From: Epiperipatus broadwayi
Lineage: Eukaryota; Animalia; Onychophora
DNA length: 64,000 nt
NCBI GenBank assembly: GCA_028023455.1
Contig: JAQFVV010000004.1
Coordinates: 26,536,001 to 26,600,000 of the forward strand
Direction: 5' to 3'
Shown: piece by piece, positions 51,898 to 64,000 of the stretch
How the letters are laid out: every line of letters starts with the position of its first letter
Position numbering within the stretch: position 1 is the stretch's first letter
The notes under the pieces: generated by a model
Databases searched by the model: none
What the model was told of the DNA's origin: nothing
The model's input: only the letters and a program-made list of their open reading frames with translations
Made by a program: the position numbers and the translations under genes

Positions 51898-53825
51898 TAA
51901 TGTAGCATCAGATGCGTTGTTTTGTAGAGTGTATTGTGGAATGGATAAATTACATTTGAACTCAGTACTACTGTAGTTTCACTACCTATGGTGCTGTTGT
52001 TCTGTGTGGTGGTCGAATTCTGCACTATGTTAACAAAACATACGAATCTGACTATTACAAGGTGGATAACATATTTTCTGCTTCAGTATATACTAAGATA
52101 ATATTATTTATTTTACTTAAAAGTGATAGATAAAAATTGCAATCATTAATGCATAGATCTTATTTTATATCAATTAGTTTATTTCACAATAAGCTCAATA
52201 GAGAACTTTTTATTGTTCTGTTTAATATAAATTTTAGCTCTTTATTATTGTTAAATACATATTTAATTCAATAAATAAAATGTATATAATATAGAATTGA
52301 TTAAGTTCCTGTCTACCTAGAATATATAAAAAAAAGTCTATCTTACATCTGATTGTGATCAATAATCATTTTCTTTATACATACATTGCAGCAATTTAAT
52401 CTCCTGTTAGGATGATAATAATTGATATTTCATATAAAGAGTTGTGATCCAATAAAATTTCTTTCAATTCTTTAATTCTTACATGTTCCAAATCTTTAAT
52501 ATATATAAAATAATGTCATTTGATATTACTCCATATGTTAAAAACAAGTTTGTGTTTTATATTTTATATTATTATTTATATAAACTTTTTTAAAATTTTT
52601 CTGTACATAGTAACTAATTTTGAGATAAAAATAATAATTTGATCTTAATTGTTTTAAACCATCCATAAAATTTGTTTATTGCAAAATGAAATAACATTCA
52701 AGTCATTATACAAAAATTTAAAAACATATTGTTACTTATTCACAAACAACTACATATCTGGATATGAATAGATTGAAAAAATCCTGCTGAAAGTCTATGA
52801 AAAAAGTTGGTAAATCGAAAGGGCATAAAAACAATAAGCAGTTATAGTGAATAGGTCAATTCAGGTAATCAGAAGACAGTTTGTTATATATTAAAAAATT
52901 AGAACCTAACCAGGGATCAGCAAACACATGAAACAATAGACTTCATTTTATTGATTTGGGATTGATCTAAAAAGTAATAAGTGTCTTGTAAATCTACTTT
53001 TTAATTCATGTGAAATCATTTTTTGAAGTGCACTCAACTGCTCTAAATATCAATTTGTATGTTTCATATAAATGCTGTTACTAAAAATTGGCATGAGGGG
53101 GGGGGGATAACTTAATATTTCTAGCAAAAATCATCAAACAATACATCTGCAAATTCATATTTTTATCAACAGTAATAATAGTTTTATATAACAGGCAAAA
53201 ATTCAACAAATAAGTCCCAGCAAACCCTGTTAGGATTTTATGAAATTACATATATATATATATGACTTTATTATCAGATTATTGCTATGCATAGCATTTT
53301 CGGATATTACATATGGTAAAAATTTAGAAAATGAGGACAAAAAATAGTATTTTTACAGTAGAATTGGAATTTTACAAATACATGTTTATTAGATTATTTT
53401 ATATTTTGAGCAATTAGATATTTACAATTAATAATTTATATTCTACCAAAACTTTGTTGTGCAGTTGATGATATATTTATGTTTATTGTAAGATGATATT
53501 ACTCATATAATAATTATTATAAGCACATGGTAATATGGATATATAGTGTGTGTTTCATTGTTATTGCAAGGGCTAACCTTCTGAAACAATAAGCTGAGCT
53601 TAATTTTTAAAAAGTATATCTAGAATATATACAAGCAATAGTAGTGAGATTCTGATAATAATTGGCATTGCTTTTTTCATTTCTTTCATTTAATATATAA
53701 TATGTATGTATATTTACTTTTATATAAATTGTCATCTCAAATATTTAAATATTACTATCTTCTTAAATAAATTTTATTGTTTTTATCAACTTTAGTAATT
53801 TTTTGTTCATACTTTTGAATATTAT

Positions 53826-54822
53826 ATTACTGTGATGCTATATTTTTCTTATGAGTTCAGATCTGGATATGGTAACAGGAAAGAGTGTGTAACCTTCTCA
53901 AGATCTGAATTTTCTGATGGTTTTTTTGTCTCACACATCAACGCAAAATATATGATAAAATAATTATTACTTATCTGAAAATAATAAATTTGACTTCATT
54001 TGATAGATATTTTTATTTACTACTGAAATAAATTTTAAATGTTCACATTTTGTTTCTGTAAATATTAAAAAAATGAGATTGTAAACAAAACAAAGAGTTT
54101 AGACATGATTGTTTCTATAAAGATTATTTTCAGTTTATAAAATCAACAAAATATTTATTAATTCTTATGATTTTTAAACATCCAAACAAATATTTATTTA
54201 TTTCTCTTATATCTAATGAATTATGCTTTAAAATTTTTGAATATTTATTGCAAAATTGTGATATTTTCATACTCTTAAGTATAAATAGATTGCTTACGTA
54301 GAAACTAAACTTGTAAATTTCTTCAGGCTATGCTTACATTCACTGCTAATATAACATCATATTTTTGAAAATCAAGTATTTCAAGTCAAAATAAGTTATT
54401 AATAATTTATGTTTCTTGATATCTAATAAATATAGTGTAAATTATTTAAAAAAATTATCTAAATCTGTAATAAATTCAAATAAACATGTTTTTTGTCATT
54501 GGAACTATTTTCTTTAAACAATGTTGTAAAACACCAAACATTTTACAGCCTTGGCAACAGACAATGGTTGAACATGTTGGGGCAGGGCAGGGCTTATGTC
54601 TATTGTAAGAGTGGGACTCTGGAATTTCCCACCTTCTACCATAAAATTTTTAGTAAAAATTTAATATAATAAAATATACAATTTTACACACATTTTAATG
54701 TATAGTACTTTTGAAAACATTCACCAGGGGGCGAATTGGTCAAAAGCCAAAATTGTGTTACTGTGATGCCATATTTTTCTAATGAGTTCAGACCTAGGTA
54801 CGGTAACAGGAAAGGGTGTGTA
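53826..54822 (+). repeat. Pair of ~65 bp dispersed direct repeats
   Basis: ttactgtgatgc(t/c)atatttttct(t/a)atgagttcaga...ggtaacaggaaag(a/g)gtgtgtaa at ~53826-53890 and ~54757-54822. Confidence 0.75.
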
Positions 54823-55470
54823 AAAATAATTAGTCTAAAATCGTTAGTCATCTTAAATGGGGTATGCTATATAAATGAAACCAGTGGAAATATATATATA
54901 TATATTATTTTATTACATAAATACTTTTATAATATGATGGCTTGATAAATGGAAAATATCAGTTGCGTAACTAGCATTCTAACTTAAGGTATAAGATGAC
55001 TTATGGATACATACACATATTTATTCTATTTTATAAATGAATAATCCAAAGTATAACCATATATAAGATTTACTAACTACACACACATATCTGGAATTTC
55101 TGTTACAATATATACATGTACTCATTGCAAATAAATAAGAATCATAATTATTACACGTGCACTTAATGACTACAAAAACTTCTTATTCAATAATTGTGTG
55201 TATTTATTTTTCATATTTACAAATGAAGTAAATAAAATATAATTTTTATAGAATTAAATTATGATTTCTTTTGATTTTGGGATTAGTAGTATTTAATGAC
55301 ATTAGTATAACTACTGATAAAGATAATTTCCTTAAAACTAATTTTTTCAGTCTTATACAGTCACAATTCCCAAATCAGAAGTGGGATCTTACATATATTA
55401 TTTCACTATGAGCTTAGTAGAAGTTATTTTTTATGCTCTGATATATAATATATCATATTTTAAATACGAA

Positions 55471-57772
55471 TGTAGCATATACTTTAAGCTAGATGTAATT
55501 AGAGGGGATTTGAACACAGACTTTCAAACTCCTTTCAGTCATCCAGTCAATCTTATATAACCGATACACATAACCACATATATATAAAAAATAAATGATC
55601 TCCAATTCTATATATTTTGTGCTAAATCAGCACTTCATCAGTGGTTCTGAAAGATCATCTCCCACATACATATATAATCAGTGCTCAGTTTATATTAAGA
55701 CAGCAAATCTTCCAAACTTTAATAGATAGGCCTCAATCTTCTCCACTCTCCAACTCACCAGCAATCCATAATCATTGGAAAAGGACGAGTCTGTAATATT
55801 TTAAATACATGTGTAATATATATACTTAAATCAGATACAATTACAGATTTGAACCCAGATTTTCAAGCTTACATATGTTGTCCACTCCTTATTCAATTGG
55901 TACACATGACCACATATATGTAAAAAAAGATAAATGACTTTCAATATACATAGATTGTGCTGAACCAGCAGTCATCAGTTGGTCCGAGTCATTATCCCCT
56001 ACACACATATATAATCAGTATTTGGTTTATATTAAGAGAGCAAATCTTCAAACTTAAATGGATATGTTTCAATATTAAAGATCATTTATATTTTTCTCAT
56101 GTAGTGCATCAGTTGTATAAGATGGAGTGGATGACTGAAGAGAGATTGAATGTCTGGATTCAAATTCCCTCTAATTATATATTGCTTAAGTATATATACT
56201 ATACTTCTATTTAAAGTATTACCAATTCAGCATGTGTTCTGCTCATCACTCTTCTGTTTTTAAAATGGTCTTACAGTTCTATATATGAGGAATCAGAATG
56301 ACTTATGGTCAACATGGGTATGACAACAAAATTAGCAAACAAGGGCTTTGAATATTCCATCATTAGATTTTCAATGATATGAATGGATGAAGAGTTGGAG
56401 AGTAAAAAAGATTGAAGCCTGTCCATTAAAGTTTGAAGACTTGCTATCATAATATAAACTGAGCACTGATTATATATGTGGGTGGGAGATGATGATCAGG
56501 ATCAAATGATGACTTCTGGGTCAGCACAAAATATGTATATTGGAGATTTTTTTTTCTTTCACTTGTACATGAACATGTGTATTGATTGTATAAGATGTAA
56601 AGATGACTGAAGTGGGTTTGTAAGTCTGGGTTCAAATCCTCTCTAATTATAATATATCCTATAAATAAGTTCTGTATAAGAGCATAATTAACTAATAACC
56701 CAATGTCCATATTTATATTATTATTATTGTTATAAGACCATAATTTTCTAATAACCCAATGACCACATTTACATTATCATTGTTGTTATAAAAATTTTAT
56801 ATCAAGTTTTTATTTTTGGTATAATAAGATATTTATTTTACATAGCATGCAATGTGCTTTGTGGATTTAACTAGAAATGAATACTCTCATTTTTTCAAAC
56901 ACAAGATAAAGTCTTTGTGAAAAGATAGGATGAATCCATCTATCCTTTCAACCCAAATGTTTAAGTATGGGCAAATCTTAAGTATTTGGGAATGAGAGTG
57001 TGAAGATATTATCAATCACTTTAAATTACCATTACTATGTCTGAGTGAATGACACTTGTGAAATTTACTAGAATTTACAACATGTCATTCTTAGTTGAAA
57101 TTAAACATATGTAAATAAGATATTTATTTTATATAGCGCGATGTTTTTAAACTCTAATAATAATTAGCATTAAGCTAATGCACATACGCTTTTTGGATTT
57201 AACTATAAATGAATATTCTCATTTTGATTATTTCAATTTTTATTTCCTATTTATTAAAAGATTTATTTATTATAAATATAGGGATTTGAACACAGACTTT
57301 CAAACACCCTTCAATTATCCACACTATCTCATACTTACTGATATGCATGTCCACACACATGTAGAAAAGATAAATAATCATCAATATACAAATTTTGTGC
57401 AGAACCAACACTCATCAGTTGGTCCAGATTATCATCTCCCACACATATAGATATAATCAGTATTCATTTTATATTAAGACAGCAAATCTTCATACTCTAA
57501 TGGACAGGCTTCAATATACTCCAACCTCTAACTCTTCAGCCATCCATACCATAAAAAAATCTGATGATGACAACCCCAAATCCCATGCTGATGCCAATAT
57601 TATTATGCCCATGTTGACCTCAAGTCACTCTGACCCCTCATGTATAGAATCCTATCCATTTAAATATATAGAAGAGAGATGGACAGGATATGAATCAATG
57701 ATATGAGATAGTGTGGGTAGTTGAAGGGTGCTTGAAAATCTGTACTCAAATACCTACATTTACAATTAAATT
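55471..57772. repeat. Cluster of hammerhead-like repeat family copies in mixed orientation
   Basis: Approximate copies: 55471-55782 (+), 55810-56075 (+), 56110-56200 (-, left end only), 56275-56665 (-), 57275-57650 (+), 57690-57772 (-, left end only). All align with the arms of 32763-33422. Confidence 0.9.
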
Positions 57773-60700
57773 TAAGATATATGAAGGATACTTATATTTC
57801 AAATATTATGTGTTCTTTATAGTATTTTATTCATTACTAAATAGATATTAATCCTCAATAAACTTTCCTTTTCCTATTATATTTTTTAAAAGACAAAGTT
57901 ATTATAATGTTTTCATTAAGATTTTAAGAGAGGTTAATTTTTGCTTAATAATAAGAATTTCAGAATGCTGCTTTTATTTTTATTTTACACTGCAAAACTA
58001 CTCTGCAAACTATTCTGATGATATCCATATGTCATCTAAATAGATAAGCTTAATAAAATTAAGGAGATTTAGAATTTTTCTTCTAGATTTTCAATCCAGT
58101 TAGTTATCAATATTGGATGGTAAATTAGTAATAGTGATAATATTAATTTGCTCAGTATAAACTAAAAAAATATGATTATAATATGTTAGCATTCATAATA
58201 TAAAGGGCGTATCATAAGCATATGGTTGCTAAGCTTGTTTTTTTATTACATTTTAAATATAAAATTCTAGTGAAAGCTTTGTTATATAATAAACTAACAT
58301 TAAGGATTTTATATACTATTAATATAATCAGTAGTCTTTAACAAAGAATTTAACATTCAAAGTGCGTTTCACTTTTTTAAATTTAAACTTTATAAATTAA
58401 CAAAACATAAAATGTTCTATATTTAATAATAATAAAAAAGTTTAAAAGTAGTGAAATATGAAATTTAAGAACTATTCCATTTATAAAATGAAAATTTCAA
58501 AAGTGTAAGAAATAAAATCTGTTTGAATAAAAATTCTATTTTGTTTAATATTATTAAGCATTTTTTTTAAAAAAATTTCATACATTAAGAAAGACGTTTT
58601 ATCTTTCACTTCAAGGTTTTATAATTACCTACTTATTAAAATTTTATGTTTACAATTTTGCCAGAACATTTGACATTTCAATTTAAAACATTTTAATGAA
58701 TCTCACTATTTTCTTTTTAGGAAACAACTCAGATTTCACAAATCATTTTACTTTCATTTACAAAATTCAGTGAAAATTTTATCGAACAGTGTCACTATTC
58801 CGATATTAAAAACAAATAGAAAATGTAATAAACACAGTAAATGGAGCAAAATTTAATTTAATTTCTAAAATATATGTATGTATAGATAATCTATAAAAAC
58901 AATGTCTAGCCTATTTCTCTTAATTGTATTTTATGAAATGATCTATTAAAGTGCAGTTTAATTATTAAATAAATATGTTTAAATTACAAATTAATGTATT
59001 GATATAAGAGAAAAAATTGAAACTGTGTTATTAGTCAAAAATATGAAAAAAAATTTCAGCTCCTAAACAGCTTTAAGATTCTTCTTTCAAATAACTAATC
59101 TATATTCTACCTAACTAGCCATCCAAAACTATATAATAAATGGATATGTAATTATATTTAGCTAAAGAATAAATCAAGATGGAAAGCTACTGAATCCTCA
59201 TCACCTATCAGTTAGCTAGCATGGTATTGTCTTTTTTTTTTGTTCTGCTACAAAAAAGGGAGACTAATAAATATGCCTTTGCCCTGCAGTGACCTGTTAA
59301 ATTATCTCTTGCCTATAAAAACTCATGGTTTGTTTCATATTTAATTTTGTCTCTTAAACTAAATTTAAAAAAAAAACAATAAAAAATTTAACATTATAAA
59401 CATATTTAAAAAAATGAATTTTGATGGAAATAAATCTTTTTCCACTATTATTTTAGAATTACTAACTTTTTGTTAAGTGTAATAAAAATGTCCTGGCATA
59501 TCTAAATATCTTACTTATAATGTGTATCTGATGTCTATATATACTACAATATGTCTAATTTTAGCATTATTGTCTATTTTTTCTGGCTTGAGTTTCTGTG
59601 TTGGTTAATTGACTTGGCAAAATGATGTAATCATGTTTGAAATATAAATTACTAAGATTTTGAACCTTGAAATTCCACTAGTATCTTTGTTTGCAATATA
59701 TATATATAAGAAAATTGAATTTTATTTACAACAACATTTGATTCAAGTACTAATTATTGACAATGTTTGCTTTGTTCTGATATTTCAAAAAATTATTGGT
59801 AACATTGTTTTTGATGGTATGTAGTAACTATATTGGATTCTAATTGTCATACAGTTTTTAAAATATCATCTTGGATATTTTTTGAATAATAATATTATTT
59901 TCAAACATGGGTTTTTTTCCAGGTTATACTTTAATCTTTTTTGTTTTTATAAAATGTGCTTCCAATTAATTATATTAAAAATGATTTGCTTATAGATTGT
60001 CTTTTTATATTATTATATTATTTTTATTGAAACAATTTGAACCTTTACAATGCTATGAAAATGTGAAGTTTAAAAAACATAGGATAAAACATTGTTTTTG
60101 TTGTCATGCATGTTTTTCTCATGTTTGTACAGTATTGGCCAAAGATAGTATTCTTATGAATAACAATTTCTAAGTTAACTCTTTTTGTGCAATGGAACAC
60201 TTAACTGAAAAGAACATTTTAGGTATCCATATTTGTAAACAAATAAGATTCTTGCCATTAGAGTATAGTTTATAACTCTATATTTTGTTATCCTATTTTT
60301 TAATGCTTATTTTAATGGAATATACAAAAAAATATTTTATGGTTGCTTTAATAATAATCTTTATTTTGCTTTTTTATATTAGTTTAATTTTTAAATCAAC
60401 AGTATTTAAAGTAATGAATCTTTGTGTGATGTTATATGAATAAGTTTATATACGTGTATGTTAATGTATTTAAATTAAATAACATACACTAAGAAACTCA
60501 CTGTTGAAAACAAATAATATACTCCATATATATATAATGCACTGGAACTAGCTTTGAGACAGAAGTATTTTCTTAACAAAGATTTAATGGAAATGCTATT
60601 CCTGGATCCTCCTGATTACTGTGGAAGTAGAAGAAATCTAGATGTGATCTAAAAATGGCTGTCTAACATTTGTCATACCTAGATATTGACTCATTAAAAC

Positions 60701-61399
60701 ATTAGATATAAAAGGATTATAAGTAGTAGTGGTAAAGCAGGAGAAAATAATATTACTAAATATAAGTAGTAGATACCAATTTTTTTTTAAATTTGAGTGC
60801 ATCTAATGTGATAAATTGACCCTTTAAGATCTGAATTAAGATACTGATTGCTAAAGACTATCAAAATTTAAACTTTGTACTGCTTTTACTGAAACTCTTC
60901 TTCCTGAGAATGAAAGTTTAATAGAAAAAATAGATAAAACTTGTTTGTTTCAGTGAGGGCAGAATAATTAGTGAAAGGAGAATATATGCTTCTGGATATA
61001 CTATAAACTGTACTATCTTCCTTAATGTGTCAATGAAAAAAAAAATAACATTAAAATTTGACTTACACAAAGATATGTGTTTGTTTTATTAGTGCATATT
61101 CACAATATTAGATTTAGAGACTTTAGAGAAAGAAAATTTTTATCTCTTGCTAGATAGCATTATTACAACAATATTATTAAAATGTCAATTTTTTCTTCTT
61201 TGGGACTTAATCTTAACTATTAACAAAATATCATAAAAAATCCTGAAATATTTCCAATTAGAAAATAGGGTCTCTAGTGACTTTAGTAAATCCTTCAATT
61301 CTGCCTTATAGCTTATCATTAAATACATGTTTCATAGTTTGTTTTCCATATCTGCATAGACAAGTGGCTGTTAAAATCCATTCATTAAGCAAATGCACC

Positions 61400-63500
61400 C
61401 AGTGATTATGAATTGATCTGAATCAGTTACTAAATTTCCAATTGCATGTAAAAAGATCAACTTTGCTTGGAATCTCATAGAAGTTTCACTTATAATGCAA
61501 TAATTATTTATTTGTAGATTCTTGGTTGAATACATAAAAAAGGAATCTTGCATTGAAATAAGTCTTAAATGATGAAATCTTGGTTAGAAAATCCGATCAC
61601 AACTTACCATGCATTTTTTTGTGAGGCAACTTCTTTCCTGATACCTAATAAATATATGAAAGAACATGAAGACACTACAAAGAAATATATCCCAGAATAT
61701 CAATAATAATTATCATGATAAAATTTAATTGAGGATGTAGAAGGTTTCAGTATGATGACTTTTTCTCCAAACAAGATATAATATTCATCAGTAGAATATT
61801 CTAGTACTAAAAAAAGCTGTCTATGAAGTACTTGTATCACAAGGCCAAATCATTTCATCAAGTTTTACAAGAAGGTTTTATTTTTAGGGGTTAACTTTCA
61901 TCTAACATTTTATAAAAGAAAAAAATATGATAGACCACAATCCAAGATTACACTTAAAGTCCATGGGGTAGAATTATATTTCAGTTTAATATTGTAAAAG
62001 ATTATATTCAGATTGTGAGATGTTCTCCAGTTGTTTTGTTGAAAAATTGAATATCTGCTGTCATCATTGAATTAGTAATTAAACTTCTGTCTTTCAAAAA
62101 GATTTGCAATCTTTTCATATTCTTATTGAGAGACTTTCTATTTCTGGAAAGGATCTCTTTTAAGAAGTCAAAGCAATATCATCAACATAGATAAATTTTT
62201 TGCATTCTATTTATAGATGATTGATAAATATATTAATTAAATTAGGTGAGAAAACTGAACCTTAAGGAAAGTCGTTCTATAATTTTTGAATTTTCTAGTA
62301 TTATTATTTAGTATTACATAAATGTTTCTATTGGAGAGCAATTTGTTAAGTAAATTAATGATTTTCTATATTTAAGAATTTGTAAAACATTTTTGAAGAT
62401 TATTTTTCCAAGCAGAATCACAAATTAAAATTATCAATAAAGGTAGTACTAGTTAAGCCTTTTTACTGTGAATGATTAAAGATTAAATTTATTTATAGCA
62501 ATTTTATCCTGGTTTAAATCCAGCAACTCTGCATATAGATAGCTCTCAAATTTGGACAAAATTCTCATTAATGGAATTCTTTCTTTCAAAAGTTTATCAA
62601 ATGCCATTTTTTTCCAAATGGAATTGTAAATTGAGATCAGATTAATAATGGTTGTCTCTTTCAATGCCAGCATTTAAAAATAAAACTTATTTCATAGCAG
62701 TATTTTTCTCAACCTAAATCCAGTATGCTTTATAGGTAAGCTGCTTTCAAGAATTGGCAAAATTCTTATTAATATGGTTTTTTTCAAAACTCTAATAGTA
62801 AACAATAGTGATATTGGAATAATTTTATGAATTATTGCTGGATTTTATTTTAATACTGCTATAATTTTATTTTTATGCTAACTTTAATGTAAGTGTTAAT
62901 ACAACGAATAGACTTTGGCCAAAAGTTTTTGAAAGTAGTGATAAAGGTGTTGTAAGTTTGACTATTGCAAATACTTTATTTAAGCAGAAAAAAAATCACT
63001 AAAAACAATGATGTTTATTGGATTATATTATAATTAAGAATCAGAATGCAAGAAAAGTGCAGATTGGCAAATCTTAGATTAGTATGCCAGAAGTTAAAGT
63101 GAAAAAGTAAATCTTATTCCAATCATATTTTGTAGAATGTTATTTTTTAAAAAAAATATGTACTACTCATATCAAATGTCAGCAATTATTAAATTGGTTA
63201 TTTGGGTTTTCAGGATTGTCATTATTGAGGCATGGAATTTTAAGAATGTGTTGTGGATGCAAATAAATCTATTCTTGAATCATTGCAGAAAACAAAAATG
63301 CAGCATTTTATGCTTATAAAAATAATGAATTAAATGTGGAAAAAGACTTAGACTGATGTTCAGCAATTGATATGATGACTTAAATATGATTGATAATTTA
63401 AATTGCACAGAAGATAAGTTAATTTGCTGATCATAATCACTTTGGATCTTTCTTTGATGCATTGAAAGTAAACATATGAGCATGAAAAATATATTCTATC
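61400..63500 (-). mobile_element. Degenerate Ingi/Vingi-like (I-group) LINE: EN, RT and post-RT region
   Basis: Minus-strand (Q)GSVFSPNLINIFINHL (~62260), FIYVDDIAL (62175-62195), AGFKPG (~62520), VILDCGLSY (~61940), VWRKSHH...LN (~61760); weak EN-like motifs at 63000-63260. Confidence 0.65.
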
Positions 63501-64000
63501 CTAGTAAATCTATCAATGACAGTCTTATATGATAACAACAATATTTTTAATAGGTTGGAAAAAGTATTATTATTTTTTGAATAATATTACAAGAATTGAG
63601 ATAAATTTTAATGATATATCCATTTCATCTACTCTTTAGATTTCGACAAGGAAGTCAAAACAATACTTCATAATATGTTAGACTCAAAAATATTTTTTTT
63701 TAGAAATATATGAAATTGTAAAGATGCACTGCCCAATCTTAAAAATGTTTTTAATTCAACTTTTAAATGAAATAGAATAAATAAGATCACAGAAATAAGT
63801 GTGGAATATTATTAGTATCCACTATAGCAAATACTTTCAAGAATTTTGTTAAATAAGTTGTTTCATCTCTTAGATGACTTATCATTAGAGACTCAATGTG
63901 GTTTTACAGAATCAAAAAACACTATAGTAATTGGATTTATTGTCACATAAATGTAAAAAAATGGTAGAAACAATATATATATTAACAGGATGATTAGATT

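Noticed and set aside
32763-57706. ORF-track peptides in the repeat family (32763-32948, 55957-56214, 56447-56710, 57178-57450, 57395-57706)
   Set aside because: Frames and stops are not conserved between copies, so the similarity is only nucleotide-level.
545-63483. Most remaining 60-100 aa ORFs rich in I/L/F/K/N/Y
   Set aside because: Expected by chance or as antisense frames of TEs in very AT-rich DNA; no recognisable domains.

Overview
Very AT-rich, strongly CpG-depleted eukaryotic (probably invertebrate animal) genomic DNA that is mostly a graveyard of decayed transposons. It holds RTE LINE fragments (one split by a nested insertion), several L1/Tx1-like LINE remnants, a degenerate Ty3/Gypsy internal region, Penelope-like elements (PLE), an Ingi/Vingi-like LINE, piggyBac-like remnants, a tRNA-derived SINE head, minisatellites and several fold-back inversions. 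The only host-gene sequence I can recognise is one isolated RCC1-repeat exon resembling SERGEF/DelGEF at about 24757-24940, which is missing from the ORF track and may be a pseudo-exon. The most interesting signal is a non-coding ~350-450 bp repeat family (about 9 full or partial copies) whose copies, compared by eye, give a type I hammerhead-ribozyme-like fold and repeatedly occur as inverted pairs, including a ~660 bp palindrome. A second, degenerate hammerhead lies at the 3' end of the PLE ORF. No prokaryotic systems, rRNA, intact tRNA or CRISPR arrays were seen. All alignments and translations were done by eye, so most boundaries are approximate.
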